Shown here piece after piece: positions 26,709 through 40,800 of a stretch of DNA of 64,000 bases. Each line of letters begins with the position of its first letter. The first letter of the stretch is position 1. Source of the DNA: the human T2T-CHM13v2.0 reference genome, Homo sapiens. A program made the translations under genes and the position numbers. The notes under the pieces were generated by a model. The model was not told the origin of the DNA. It saw only the letters and a list, made by a program, of their open reading frames with translations, and searched no databases. The stretch is taken from the NCBI RefSeq assembly GCF_009914755.1, contig NC_060938.1. One strand, written 5' to 3'.

Positions 26709-29487
26709 CTCCCATTCTCTCTTCTCTCTCTGTCTCTCAGTCTCTGTGTGTTTCTTTCCCACTCTCTGTGGGTTTGTGCCAGCGAAGTTGCGTCAGGGCT
26801 ACGAGGCCGGTGGAGGATTGGGGGTGTTGCGAAATTGGCAGAAACCTCTTTGTTTCTCTGGTAGGCATTTGAAAACGTGGCTTGTGTCAGGCACAGACCT
26901 CCCCCCCACCCTCCGGGTCCCAGGTGTTGTTTGATTTTCCTTGGCATTCACGGAAAGGTCACCTGTTTCCCCTTCCACGTGTTCATTCCTGGACCGCACC
27001 CTTTGTTTCGCCGTCGCCCCGTATGCCTCCGGTGACACACATTATCACCAACTGCTGTGGGATTGGCCAGTGCCACGCGTGGTCACATGGACTTCCCCTG
27101 GGTTTCTCCTCTCTTCCTCTTTGCAGGTAGGTGTCCTGTTAAGCGCGGTCGGCTTTCCGGAACCCCCTGGGCTTTTACAAGCGCGGCAGGCCACTGCTCT
27201 TTCAAAGGAGGAGGGAGGCAGAGGGCTGATGGATGAGTGAATTTGCTCTGACACTAGGCCTTGAGACCTATGGGATCATTTTGTGCTGCAGCGAGGCCCT
27301 GCCGGCCTGAGCAGATGTGGTGAGCCCATCCTATGTCACTCGGAGTGGGCCAGAATGGGATCTCAACGGGAGTCCGGAGAACACAGCAGGCGTCCTGAAG
27401 CTCCACCTCCCTCGGTGGAAGTCGGCTCAAGCAGGTCCTGAGGACAGGAGCCCTGGGGGTTTGGGCCTGGGACAGGACCAGACACCCGTGGCCCCCTCTC
27501 CCACGCCGCCCGAAACAGGACCCAGGACACAGGCGCCGCCGGGGCGGCAGCAGGAGCATCGCGGCCGACGCGCAGCGGTGGCGATATTTAAAGGGGACGC
27601 AGCCTATCTGTCAGGAGTGGAGCGTGAGTCGGCTCAGCCAATGCGCATGCGCTGGGCGCGAGCGGATTCTCCCGTCACAGTGGTTCCCACGGTTGTCTTA
27701 GAAACCAGTCCCTGAGGCTTGGCAGAGCAGGAGCCCTCCGTGGCAGTGCTTGGGTATCGAGGCTCTGAGGCTCCGGCCTCACCTCCCCACAGGGTCGAAG
27801 GCAACGTCTCCGGATGCCAGCACTCGCAAAGGGCCGACCATGATGATGAAACCCCAGGCGGAGACCTGGAAGCAGCACGGGATCCCAGCCTCAGGCCTGC
27901 ACGGACGGTGTTGGTTGGGGTGAGTCTCGCCAAAAGCCTTGCCGCCGTCCGTGATCTCGAGGACGTGTCGGGCTGCGTGCCCCTGGGCTGCTCTCTCACC
28001 CGAGGGTCGTTCTCCTCCAGAGCACAACCCCGGAGCCTCAGGGGGTGCCTGGGGGTGTGTGTTTCAATGCCTCTGCTGTATGACTCTGCGTGTGTGTGTG
28101 TGTGTGTGTGTGTCTCCCATTCTCTCTTCTCTCTCTGTCTCTCAGTCTCTGTGTGTTTCTTTCCCACTCTCTGTGGGTTTGTGCCAGCGAAGTTGCGTCA
28201 GGGCTACGAGGCCGGTGGAGGATTGAGGGTGTTGCGAAATTGGCAGAAACCTCTTTGTTCCTCTGGTAGGCATTTGAAAACGTGGCTTGGGTCAGGCGCA
28301 GACGTCCCCCACACCCTCCAGGTCCCAGGTGTTGTTTGATTTTCCTTGGCATTGACGGAAAGGTCACCCGTTTCCCCCTTCCACCGGCACATGCATGGAC
28401 CCCACCCTTCGTTTCACCGTCGCCCCGTTTACCGCAGGTGTCACACGTTAACACCAACTGCTGTGGGATTGGCCAGTGCCACGCGTGGTCACATGGTCTC
28501 CCCCTGGATTTCGCCTCTCTTCCTCTTTGCAGTTGTCCTGTAAAGCACGGTCGCCTTTCCGGAACCCCTCGGCTTTTACAAGCGGGGCAGGCCACTGCTC
28601 TTTCAAAGGAGGAGGGAGGCAGAGGGCTGATGGATGAGTGAATTTGCTCTGACACTAGGCCTTGAGACCTATGGGATCATTTTGTGCTGCAGCGAGGCCC
28701 TGCCGGCCTGACCAGATGTGGTGAGCCCATCCTATGTCACTCGGAGTGGGCCAGAATGGGATCTCAACGGGAGTCCGGAGAACACAGCAGGCGTCCTGAA
28801 GCTCCACCTCCCTCGGTGGAAGTCGGCTCAAGCAGGTCCTGAGGACAGGAGCCCTGGGGGTTTGGGCCTGGGACAGGACCAGACACCCGTGGCCCCCTCT
28901 CCCACGCCGCCCGAAACAGGACCCAGGACACAGGCGCCGCCGGGGCGGCAGCAGGAGCATCGCGGCCGCTGCGCAGCGGTGGCGATATTTAAAGGGGACG
29001 CAGCCTATCTGTCAGGAATGGAGCCTGAGTCGGCTCAGCCAATGCGCATGCGCTAGGCGCGAGCGGATTCTCCCGTCACAGTGGTTCCCACGGTTGTCTT
29101 AGAAACCAGTCCCTGAGGCTTGGCAGAGCAGGAGCCCTCCGTGGCAGTGCTTGGGTATCGAGGCTCTGAGGCTCCGGCCTCACCTCCCCACAGGGTCGAA
29201 GGCAACGTCTCCGGATGCCAGCACTCGCAAAGGGCCGACCATGATGATGAAACCCCAGGCGGAGACCTGGAAGCAACACGGGATCCCAGCCTCAGGCCTG
29301 CACGGACGGTGTTGGTTGGGGTGAGTCTCGCCAAAAGCCTTGCCGCCGTCCGTGATCTCGAGGACGTGTCGGGCTGCGTGCCCCTGGGCTGCTCTCTCAC
29401 CCGAGGGTCGTTCTCCTCCAGAGCAGAACCCCGGAGCCTCAGGGGGTGCCTGGGGGTGTGTGTTTCAATGCCTCTGCTGTATGACTC

Positions 29488-29529
<42 letters not shown>

Positions 29530-31050
29530 TCCCATTCTCTCTTCTCTCTCTGTCTCTCAGTCTCTGTGTGTTTCTTTCCCACTCTCTGTGGGTTTGTGCC
29601 AGCGAAGTTGCGTCAGGGCTACGAGGCCGGTGGAGGATTGGGGGTGTTGCGAAATTGGCAGAAACCTCTTTGTTTCTCTGGTAGGCATTTGAAAACGTGA
29701 CTTGTGTCAGGCACAGACCTCCCCCCCACCCTCCGGGTCCCAGGTGTTGTTTGATTTTCCTTGGCATTCACGGAAAGGTCACCTGTTTCCCCTTCCACGT
29801 GTTCATTCCTGGACCGCACCCTTTGTTTCGCCGTCGCCCCGTATGCCTCCGGTGACACACATTATCACCAACTGCTGTGGGATTGGCCAGTGCCACGCGT
29901 GGTCACATGGACTTCCCCTGGGTTTCTCCTCTCTTCCTCTTTGCAGGTAGGTGTCCTGTTAAGCGCGGTCGGCTTTCCGGAACCCCCTGGGCTTTTACAA
30001 GCGCGGCAGGCCACTGCTCTTTCAAAGGAGGAGGGAGGCAGAGGGCTGATGGATGAGTGAATTTGCTCTGACACAAGGCCTTGAGACCTATGGGATCATT
30101 TTGTGCTGCAGCGAGGCCCTGCCGGCCTGAGCAGATGTGGTGAGCCCATCCTATGTCACTCGGAGTGGGCCAGAATGGGATCTCAACGGGAGTCCGGAGA
30201 ACACAGCAGGCGTCCTGAAGCTCCACCTCCCTCGGTGGAAGTCGGCTCAAGCAGGTCCTGAGGACAGGAGCCCTGGGGGTTTGGGCCTGGGACAGGACCA
30301 GACACCCGTGGCCCCCTCTCCCACGCCGCCCGAAACAGGACCCAGGACACAGGCGCCGCCGGGGCGGCAGCAGGAGCATCGCGGCCGACGCGCAGCGGTG
30401 GCGATATTTAAAGGGGACGCAGCCTATCTGTCAGGAGTGGAGCGTGAGTCGGCTCAGCCAATGCGCATGCGCTGGGCGCGAGCGGATTCTCCCGTCACAG
30501 TGGTTCCCACGGTTGTCTTAGAAACCAGTCCCTGAGGCTTGGCAGAGCAGGAGCCCTCCGTGGCAGTGCTTGGGTATCGAGGCTCTGAGGCTCCGGCCTC
30601 ACCTCCCCACAGGGTCGAAGGCAACGTCTCCGGATGCCAGCACTCGCAAAGGGCCGACCATGATGATGAAACCCCAGGCGGAGACCTGGAAGCAGCACGG
30701 GATCCCAGCCTCAGGCCTGCACGGACGGTGTTGGTTGGGGTGAGTCTCGCCAAAAGCCTTGCCGCCGTCCGTGATCTCGAGGACGTGTCGGGCTGCGTGC
30801 CCCTGGGCTGCTCTCTCACCCGAGGGTCGTTCTCCTCCAGAGCAGATCCCCGGAGCCTCAGGGGGTGCCTGGGGGTGTGTGTTTCAATGCCTCTGCTGTA
30901 TGACTCTGCGTGTGTGTGTGTGTGTGTGTGTGTCTCCCATTCTCTCTTCTCTCTCTGTCTCTCAGTCTCTGTGTGTTTCTTTCCCACTCTCTGTGGGTTT
31001 GTGCCAGCGAAGTTGCATCAGGGCTACGAGGCCGGTGGAGGATTGAGGGT
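18825..31050. repeat. Dimeric higher-order repeat (1401+1409 = 2810 bp), ~4.3 copies
   Basis: Alternating unit lengths and diagnostic variants; matching ORF boundaries recur every 2810 bp (20623, 23433, 26243, 29053). Confidence 0.93.
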
Positions 31051-34000
31051 GTTGCGAAATTGGCAGAAACCTCTTTGCTCCTCTGGTAGGCATTTGAAAA
31101 CGTGGCTTGGGTCAGGCACAGGAGGCCCCCCTACCCCACGGTTCCCAGGTGTTGTTTGATTTTCCTTTGCTTTGACGGAAATGTCACCCGTTTCCCCCTT
31201 CCACCGGCATATGCCTGGACCCCACCCTTCGTTTCGCCGTCGCCCCGTATGCCTCCGGTGACACACATTAACACCAACTGCTGTGGGATTGGCCAGTGCC
31301 ACGCGTGGTCACATGGTCTCCCCCTGGGTTTCGCCTCTTTTCCTCTTTGCAGTTGTCCTGTAAAGCGCGTTCGGCTTTCCGGAAGCCCTGGGCTTTTACA
31401 AGCGGGGCAGGCCACTGCTCTTTCAAAGGAGGAGGGAGGCAGAGGGCTGATGGATCGGTGAATTTGCTCTGACACTAGGCCTTGAGACCTATGGGGTCAT
31501 TGTGTGCTGCAGCGAGGCCCTGCCGGCCTGACCAGATGTGGTGAGCCCATCCTATGTCACTCGGAGTGGGCCAGAATGGGATCTCAACGGGAGTCCGGAG
31601 AACACAGCAGGCGTCCTGAAGCTCCACCTCCCTCGGTGGAAATCGGCTCAAGCAGGTCCTGAGGACAGGAGCCCTGGGGGTTTGGGCCTGTGACACGACG
31701 AGACACCCGCGGCCCCCGCTCCCACGCCGCCCCAAACAGGACCCAGGACACAGCCGACGCCGGGGCGGCAGCAGGAGCATCGCGGCCGCCGCGCGGCGGT
31801 GGCGATATTTAAAGGGGACGCAGCCTATCTGTCAGGAGTGGAGCGTGAGTCGGCTCAGCCAATGCGCATGCGTGAGGCGCCAGCGGTTTCTCCCGTCACA
31901 GTGGTTCCCACGGTTGTCTTAGAAACCAGTCCCCGAGGCTTTGCAGAGCAGGAGCCCTCCGTGGCAGTGCTTGGGTATCGAGGCTCTGAGGCTCCGGTCT
32001 CACCTCTCCACGGGCTCGAAGGGAAACTCTCCTGATGCCAGCAGTCGCAATGGGCCGACTATGAAGATGAAACCCCAGGTGGAGACCGGGGAAGCAGCAC
32101 GGGATCCCAGCCTCAGGCCTGCACGGACGGTGTTTGTTTGGGTGAGTCTCGCCAAAAGTCGCGCCGCGGTCAGTGATCTCGAGGACTGGTCGGCCTGCGT
32201 GCTCCTGGGCCGCTCTCTCACCCGAGGGTCGTTCTCCTCCAGAGCAGAACCCCGGATCCTCAGGGGTTGCCTGGGAGTGTGTGTTTCAATGCCTCTGCTG
32301 TATGACTCTGCGTGTGTGTGCGTGTGTGTCTGTGTGTGTGTCTCCCATTCTCTCTTCTCTCTCTGTCTCTCACTCTCTGTGTGTTTCTTTCCCAATCTCT
32401 GTGGGTTTGTACCAGCCGAAGTTGCGTCAGGGCTAGCAGGTCGGTGGAGGATTGGGGGTGTTGCGAAATTGGCAGAAACCTCTTTGCTCCTCTGGTAGGC
32501 ATTTGAAAACGTGGCTTGGGTCAGGCACAGTCTGCACCCCCACCTCCCGGTTCCCAGGTGTGGTTTGATTTTCCTTGGCACTGACGGAAATGTCACCCGT
32601 TTCCCCCTTCCACCGGCACATGCCTGGACCCCACCCTTCGTTTCGCCGTCGCCCCGTATGCCTCCGGTGACACACATTAACACCAACTGCTGTGGGATTA
32701 GCCAGTGCCACGCGTGGTCACATGGTCTCCCCTTGGGTTTCGCCTCTGTTCCTCTTTGCAGTTGTCCTGTAAAGCGCGTTCGGCTTTCCGGAACCCCTGG
32801 GCTTTTACAAGCGGGGCAGGCCACTGCACTTTCAAAGGAGGAGGGAGGCAGAGGGCTGATGGATGAGTGAATTTGCTCTGACACTAGGCCTTGAGACCTA
32901 TGGGGTCATTGTGTGCTGCAGCGAGGCCCTGCCGGCCTGACCACATGTGGTGAGCCCATCCTATGTCACTCCGAGGGGGCCAGAATGGGATCTCAACGGG
33001 AGTCCAGAGAACACAGCAGGCGTCCTGAAGCTCCCCCTCCCTTGGTGGAAGTCGGCTCAAGCAGGTCCTGAGGACAGGAGCCCTGGGTGTTTGGGCCTGG
33101 GACAGGACCAGTCACCCGTGGCCCCCTCTCCCACGCCGCCCGAAACAGGACCCAAGACACAGGCGCTGCCGGGGCGGCAGCAGGAGCATCGCGGCCGCCG
33201 CGCGGCGGTGGCAATATTTAAAGGGGACGCAGCCTATCTGTCAGGAGTGGAGCGTGAGTCGGCTCAGCCAATGCGCATGCGTGAGGCGCCAGCGGTTTCT
33301 CCCGTCACAGTGGTTCCCACGGTTGTCTTAGACACTAGTCCCCGAGGCTTGGCAGAGCAGGAGCCCTCCGTGGCAGTGTTTGGGTATCCAGGCTCTGAGG
33401 CTCCGGCCTCACCTTTCCACGGGGTAGAAGGGAACCTCTCCTGATGACAGCAGTCGCAAAGGGCCGACCATGATGATGAAATCCCAGGCGGAGACGGGGG
33501 AAGCAGCACGGGATCCCAGCCTCAGGCCTGCACGGACGGTGTTGGTTGGGGTGAGTCTCACCAAAATTCGTGCCGCCGTCCGTGACCTCGAGGACGGGTC
33601 GGCCTGCGTGCCCCTCGGCTGCTCTCTCACCCGAGGGTCGTTCTCCTCCAGAGCAGAACCCCGGATCCTCAGGGGTTGCCTGGGGGTGTGTGTTTCAATG
33701 CCTCTGCTGTATGACTCTGCGTGTGTGTGCGTGTGTGTGTGTGTGTGTGTCTCCCATTCTCTCTTCTCTCTCTGTCTCTCACTCTCTGTGTGTTTCTTTC
33801 CGACTCTCTGTGGGTTTGTACCAGCCGAAGTTGCGTCAGGGCTACCAGGTCGGTGGAGGATTGGGGGTGTTGCGAAATTGGCAGAAACCTCTTTGCTCCT
33901 CTGGTAGGCATTTGAAAACGTGGCTTGGGTCAGGCACAGTCGGCACCCCCACCTCCCGGTTCCCAGGTGTGGTTTGATTTTCCTTGGCACTGACGGAAAT

Positions 34001-34740
34001 GTCACCCGTTTCCCCCTTCCACCGGCACATGCCTGGACCCCACCCTTCGTTTCGCCGTCGCCCCGTATGCCTCCGGTGACACACATTAACACCAACTGCT
34101 GTGGGATTAGCCAGTGCCACGCGTGGTCTCATGGTCTCCCCCTGGGTTTCGCCTCTGTTCCTCTTTGCAGTTGTCCTGTAAAGCGCGTTCGGCTTTCCGG
34201 AACCCCTGGGCTTTTACAAGCGGGGCAGGCCACTGCTCTTTCAAAGGAGGAGGGAGGCAGAGGGCTGATGGATCGGTGAATTTGCTCTGACACTAGGCCT
34301 TGAGACCTATGGGGTCATTGTGTGCTGCAGCGAGGCCCTGCCGGCCTGACCAGATGTGGTGAGCCCATCCTATGTCACTCGGAGGGGGCCAGAATGGGAT
34401 CTCAACGGGAGTCCGGAGCACACAGCAGGCGTCCTGAAGCTCCCCCTCCCTCGCTGGAAATCGGCTCAAGCAGGTCCTGAGGACAGGAGCCCTGGGGGTT
34501 TGGGCCTGTGACACGACGAGACACCCGCGGCCCCCGCTCCCACGCCGCCCCAAACAGGACCCAGGACACAGCCGACGCCGGGGCGGCAGCAGGAGCATCG
34601 CGGCCGCCGTGCGACGGTGGCGATATTTAAAGGGGATGCAGCCTATCTGTCATTAGTGGAGCGTGAGTCGGCTCACCCAAAGCGCATGCGTGAGGTGCCA
34701 GCGGTTTCTCCCGTCACAGTGGTTCCCACTGTTGTCTTAG

Positions 34741-35322
<582 letters not shown>

Positions 35323-37666
35323 TAGGCATTTGAAAACGTGGCTTGGGTCAGGCACAGGAGGCCCCCCTACCCCACGGTTCCCAGGTGTTGTTTGATTTTC
35401 CTTTGGCATTGACGGAAATGTCACCCGTTTCCCCCTTCCACCGGCATATGTCTGGACCCCACCCTTCGTTTCGCCGTCGCCCCATATCCCTCCGGTGACA
35501 CTCATTAACACCAACTGCTGTGGGACTGGCCAGTGCCACGCGTGGTCACATGGTCTCCCCCTGGGTTTCGCCTCTGTTCCTCTTTGCAGTTGTCCTGTAA
35601 AGCGCGTTCGGCTTTCCAGAACCCCTGGGCTTTTACAAGCGGGGCAGGCCACTGCACTTTCAAAGGAGGAGGGAGGCAGAGGGCTGATGGATGAGTGAAT
35701 TTGCTCTGACACTAGGCCTTGAGACCTATGGGGTCATTGTGTGCTGCAGCGAGGCCCTGCCGGCCTGACCACATGTGGTGAGCCCATCCTATGTCACTCC
35801 GATGGGGCCAGAATGGGATCTCAACGGGAGTCCAGAGAACACAGCAGGCGTCCTGAAGCTCCCCCTCCCTTGGTGGAAGTCGACTCAAGCAGGTCCTGAG
35901 GACAGGAGCCCTGGGGGTTTGGGCCTGGGACAGGACGAGACACCCGCGGTCCCCTCTCCCATGCCACCCCAAACAGGACCCAGGACACAGCCGCCTTCGT
36001 GGCGGCAGCAGGAGCATCGCGGCTGCCGCGCGGCGGTCGCGATATTTAAAGGGGACGCAGCCTATCTGTCAGGAGTGGAGCGTGAGTCGGCTCAGCCAAT
36101 GCGCATGCGCGAGGCCCCAGCGGTTTCTCGGGTCACAGGGGTTCCCACGGTTGTCTTAGAAACCAGTCCCCGAGGCTTTGCAGAGCAGGAGCCCTCCGTG
36201 GCAGTGCTTGGGTATCGAGGCTCTGAGGCTCCGGTCTCACCTCTCCACGGGCTCGAAGGGAAACTCTCCTGATGCCAGCAGTCGCAAAGGGCCGACTATG
36301 AAGATGAAACCCCAGGTGGAGACCGGGGAAGCAGCACGGGATCCCAGCCTCAGGCCTGCACGGACGGTGTTTGTTGGGGTGAGTCTCGCCAAAAGTCGCG
36401 CCGCTGTCCGTGATCTCGAGGACGGGTCGGCCTGCGTGCCCCTGGGCTGCTCTCTCACCCGAGGGTCGTTCTCCTCCAGAGCAGAACCCCGGAGCCTCAG
36501 GGGTTGCCTGGGGGTGTGTGTTTCAATGCCTGTGCTGTATGACTCTGCGTGTGTGTGTGTGTCTGTGTGTTTCTCTCCCATTCTCTCTTCTCCCTCTGTC
36601 TCTCAGTCTCTGTGTGTTTCTTTCCCACTCTTTGTGGGTTTGTGCCAGCCGAAGTTGCTTCAGGGCTACGAGGTCGGTGGAGGATTGGGGGTGTTGCGAA
36701 ATTGGCAGAAACATCTTTGTTCCTCTGGTAGGCATTTGAAAACGTGGCTTGGGTCAGGCACAGACGTCCCCCACACCCTCCGGGTCCCAGGTGTTGTTTG
36801 ATTTTCCTTGGCATTGACGGAAAGGTCACCCGTTTCCCCCTTCCACCGGCACGTGCATGGACCCCACCCTTCGTTTCGCCGTCGCCCCGTTTGCCTCCGG
36901 TGTCACACGTTAACACCAACTGCTGTGGGATTGGCCAGTGCCACGCGTGGTCACGTGGTCTCCCCCTGGATTTCGCCTCTCTTCCTCTTTGCAGTTGTCC
37001 TGTTAAGCACGGTCGGCTTTCCGGAATCCCTGGGCTTTTACAAGCGGGGTAGGCCACTGCTCTTTCAAAGGAGGAGGGAGGCAGAGGGCTGATGGATGAG
37101 TGAATTTGCTCTGACACTAGGCCTTGAGACCTATGGGATCATTTTGTGCTGCAGCGAGGCCCTGCCGGCCTGACCACGTGTGGTGAGCCCATCCTATGTC
37201 ACTCGGAGGGGGCCAGAATGGGATCTCAACGGGAGTCCAGAGAACACAGCAGGCGTCCTGAAGCTCCCCCTCCCTTGGTGGAAGTCGGCTCAAGCAGGTC
37301 CTGAGGACAGGAGCCCTGGGGGTTTGGGCCTGGGACAGGACCAGACACCCGTGGCCCCCTCTCCCACGCCGCCTGAAACAGGACCCAAGACACAGGCGCT
37401 GCCGGGACGGCAGCAGGAGCATCGCGGCCGCCGCGCGGCGGTGGCGATATTTAAAGGGGACGCAGCCTATCTGTCAGGAGTGGAGCGTGAGTCGGCTCAG
37501 CCAATGCGCATGCGCTAGGCGCCAGCGGTTTCTCCCGTCACAGTGGTTCCCACGGTTGTCTTAGACACTAGTCCCCGAGGCTTGGCAGAGCAGGAGCCCT
37601 CCGTGGCAGTGTTTGGGTATCCAGGCTCTGAGGCTCCGGCCTCACCTTTCCACGGGGTAGAAGTGA

Positions 37667-37831
<165 letters not shown>

Positions 37832-40800
37832 TAGGCCTGCGTGCCCCTCGGCTGCTCTCTCACCCGAGGGTCGTTCTCCTCCAGAGCAGAACCCCGGATC
37901 CTCAGGGGTTGCCTGGGGGTGTGTGTTTCAATGTCTCTGCTGTATGACTCTGCGTGTGTGTGCGTGTGTGTCTGTGTGTGTGTCTCCCATTCTCTCTTCT
38001 CTCTCTGTCTCTCACTCTCTGTGTGTTTCTTTCCCACTCTCTGTGGGTTTGTACCAGCCGAAGTTGCGTCAGGGCTACCAGGTCGGTGGAGGATTGGGGG
38101 TGTTGCGAAATTGGCAGAAACCTCTTTGCTCCTCTGGTAGGCATTTGAAAACGTGGCTTGGGTCAGGCACAGTCGGCACCCCCACCTCCCGGTTCCCAGG
38201 TGTGGTTTGATTTTCCTTGGCACTGACGGAAATGTCACCCGTTTCCCCCTTCCACCGGCATATGCCTGGACCCCACCCTTCGTTTCGCCGTCGCCCCGTA
38301 TGCCTCCGGTGACACACATTAACACCAACTGCTGTGGGATTAGCCGGTGCCACGCGTGGTCACATGGTCTCCCCCTGGGTTTCGCCTCTGTTCCTCTTTG
38401 CAGTTGTCCGGTAAAGCGCGTTCGGCTTTCCGGAACCCCTGGGCTTTTACAAGCGGGGCAGGCCACTGCACTTTCAAAGGAGGAGGGAGGCAGAGGGCTG
38501 ATGGATGAGTGAATTTGCTCTGACAATAGGCCTTGAGACCTATGGGGTCATTGTGTGCTGCAGCGAGGCCCTGCCGGCCTGACCACATGTGGTGAGCCCA
38601 TCCTATGTCACTCCGAGGGGGCCAGAATGGGATCTCAACGGGAGTCCAGAGAACACAGCAGGCGTCCTGAAGCTCCCCCTCCCTTGGTGGAAGTCGGCTC
38701 AAGCAGGTCCTGAGGACAGGAGCCCTGGGGGTTTGGGCCTGGGACAGGACGAGACACCCGCGGTCCCCTCTCCCATGCCACCCCAAACAGGACCCAGGAC
38801 ACAGCCGCCTTCGCGGCGGCAGCAGGAGCATCGCGGCCGCCGCGCGGCGGTCGCGATATTTAAAGGGGACGCAGCCTATCTGTCAGGAGTGGAGCGTGAG
38901 TCGGCTCAGCCAATGCGCATGCGCGAGGCCCCAGCGGTTGCTCCAGTCACAGTGGTTCCCACGGTTGTCTTAGAAACCAGTCCCCGAGGCTTTGCAGAGC
39001 AGGAGCCCTCCGTGGCAGTGCTTGGGTATCGAGGCTCTGAGGCTCCGGTCTCACCTCTCCACGGGCTCGAAGGGAAACTCTCCTGATGCCAGCAGTCGCA
39101 AAGGGCCGACTATGAAGATGAAACCCCAGGTGGAGACCGGGGAAGCAGCACGGGATCCCAGCCTCAGGCCTGCACGGACGGTGTTTGTTGGGGTGAGTCT
39201 CGCCAAAAGTCGCGCCGCTGTCCGTGATCTCGAGGACGGGTCGGCCTGCGTTCCCCTCGGCTGCTCTCTCACCCGAGGTTCGTTCTCCTCCAGAGCAGAA
39301 CCCCGGATCCTCAGGGGTTGCCTGGGGGTGTGTGTTTCAATGCCTCTGCTGTATGACTCTGCGTGTGTGTGCGTGTGTGTCTGTGTGTGTGTCTCCCATT
39401 CTCTCTTCTCTCTCTGTCTCTCACTCTCTGTGTGTTTCTTTCCCACTCTCTGTGGGTTTGTACCAGCCGAAGTTGCGTCAGGGCTACCAGGTCGGTGGAG
39501 GATTGGGGGTGTTGCGAAATTGGCAGAAACCTCTTTGCTCCTCTGGTAGGCATTTGAAAATGTGGCTTGGGTCAGGCACAGGAGGCCCCCCTACCCCACG
39601 GTTCCCAGGTGTTGTTTGTTTTTCCTTGGCGTTGACGGAAATGTCACCCGTTTCCCCCTTCCACCGGCATATCCCTGGACCCCACCCTTCGTTTCGCCGT
39701 CGCCCCGTTTGCCTCCGGTGTCACACGTTAACACCAACTGCTGTGGGATTGGCCAGTGCCACGCGTGGTCACGTGGTCTCCCCCTGGATTTCGCCTCTCT
39801 TCCTCTTTGCAGTTGTCCTGTTAAGCACGGTCGGCTTTCCGGAACCCCTGGGCTTTTACAAGCGGGGTAGGCCACTGCTCTTTCAAAGGAGGAGGGAGGC
39901 AGAGGGCTGATGGATGAGTGAATTTGCTCTGACACTAGGCCTTGAGACCTATGGGATCATTTTGTGCTGCAGCGAGGCCCTGCCGGCCTGACCACGTGTG
40001 GTGAGCCCATCCTATGTCACTCGGAGGGGGCCAGAATGGGATCTCAACGGGAGTCCAGAGAACACAGCAGGCGTCCTGAAGCTCCCCCTCCCTTGGTGGA
40101 AGTCAGCTCAAGCAGGTCCTGAGGACAGGAGCCCTGGGGGTTTGGGCCTGGGACAGGACCAGACACCCGTCGCCCTCTCTCCCACGCCGCCTGAAACAGG
40201 ACCCAAGACACAGGCGCTGCCGGGGCGGCAGCAGGAGCATCGCGGCCGCCGCGCGGCGGTGGCGATATTTAAAGGGGACGCAGCCTATCTGTCAGGAGTG
40301 GAGCGTGAGTCGGCTCAGCCAATGCGCATGCGCTAGGCGCCAGCGGTTTCTCCCGTCACAGTGATTCCCACGGTTGTCTTAGACACTAGTCCCCGAGGCT
40401 TGGCAGAGCAGGAGCCCTCCGTGGCAGTGCTTGGGTATCCAGGCTCTGAGGCTCCGGCCTCACCTTTCCACGGGGTCGAAGGGAACCTCTCCTGATGACA
40501 GCAGTCGCAAAGGGCGGACCATGATGATGATACCCCAGGCGGAGACGGGGGAAGCAGCACGGGATCCCAGCCTCAGGCCTGCACGGACGGTGTTGGTTGG
40601 GGTGAGTCTCACCAAAAGTCGTGCCGGCGTCCGTGATCTCGAGGACGGGTCGGCCTGCGTGCCCCTCGGCTGCTCTCTCACCCGAGGGTCATTCTCCTCC
40701 AGAGCAGAACCCCGGATCCTCAGGGGTTGCCTGGTGTTGTGTGTTTCAATGCCTCTGCTGTATGACTCTGCGTGTGTGTGCGTGTGTGTCTGTGTGTGTG

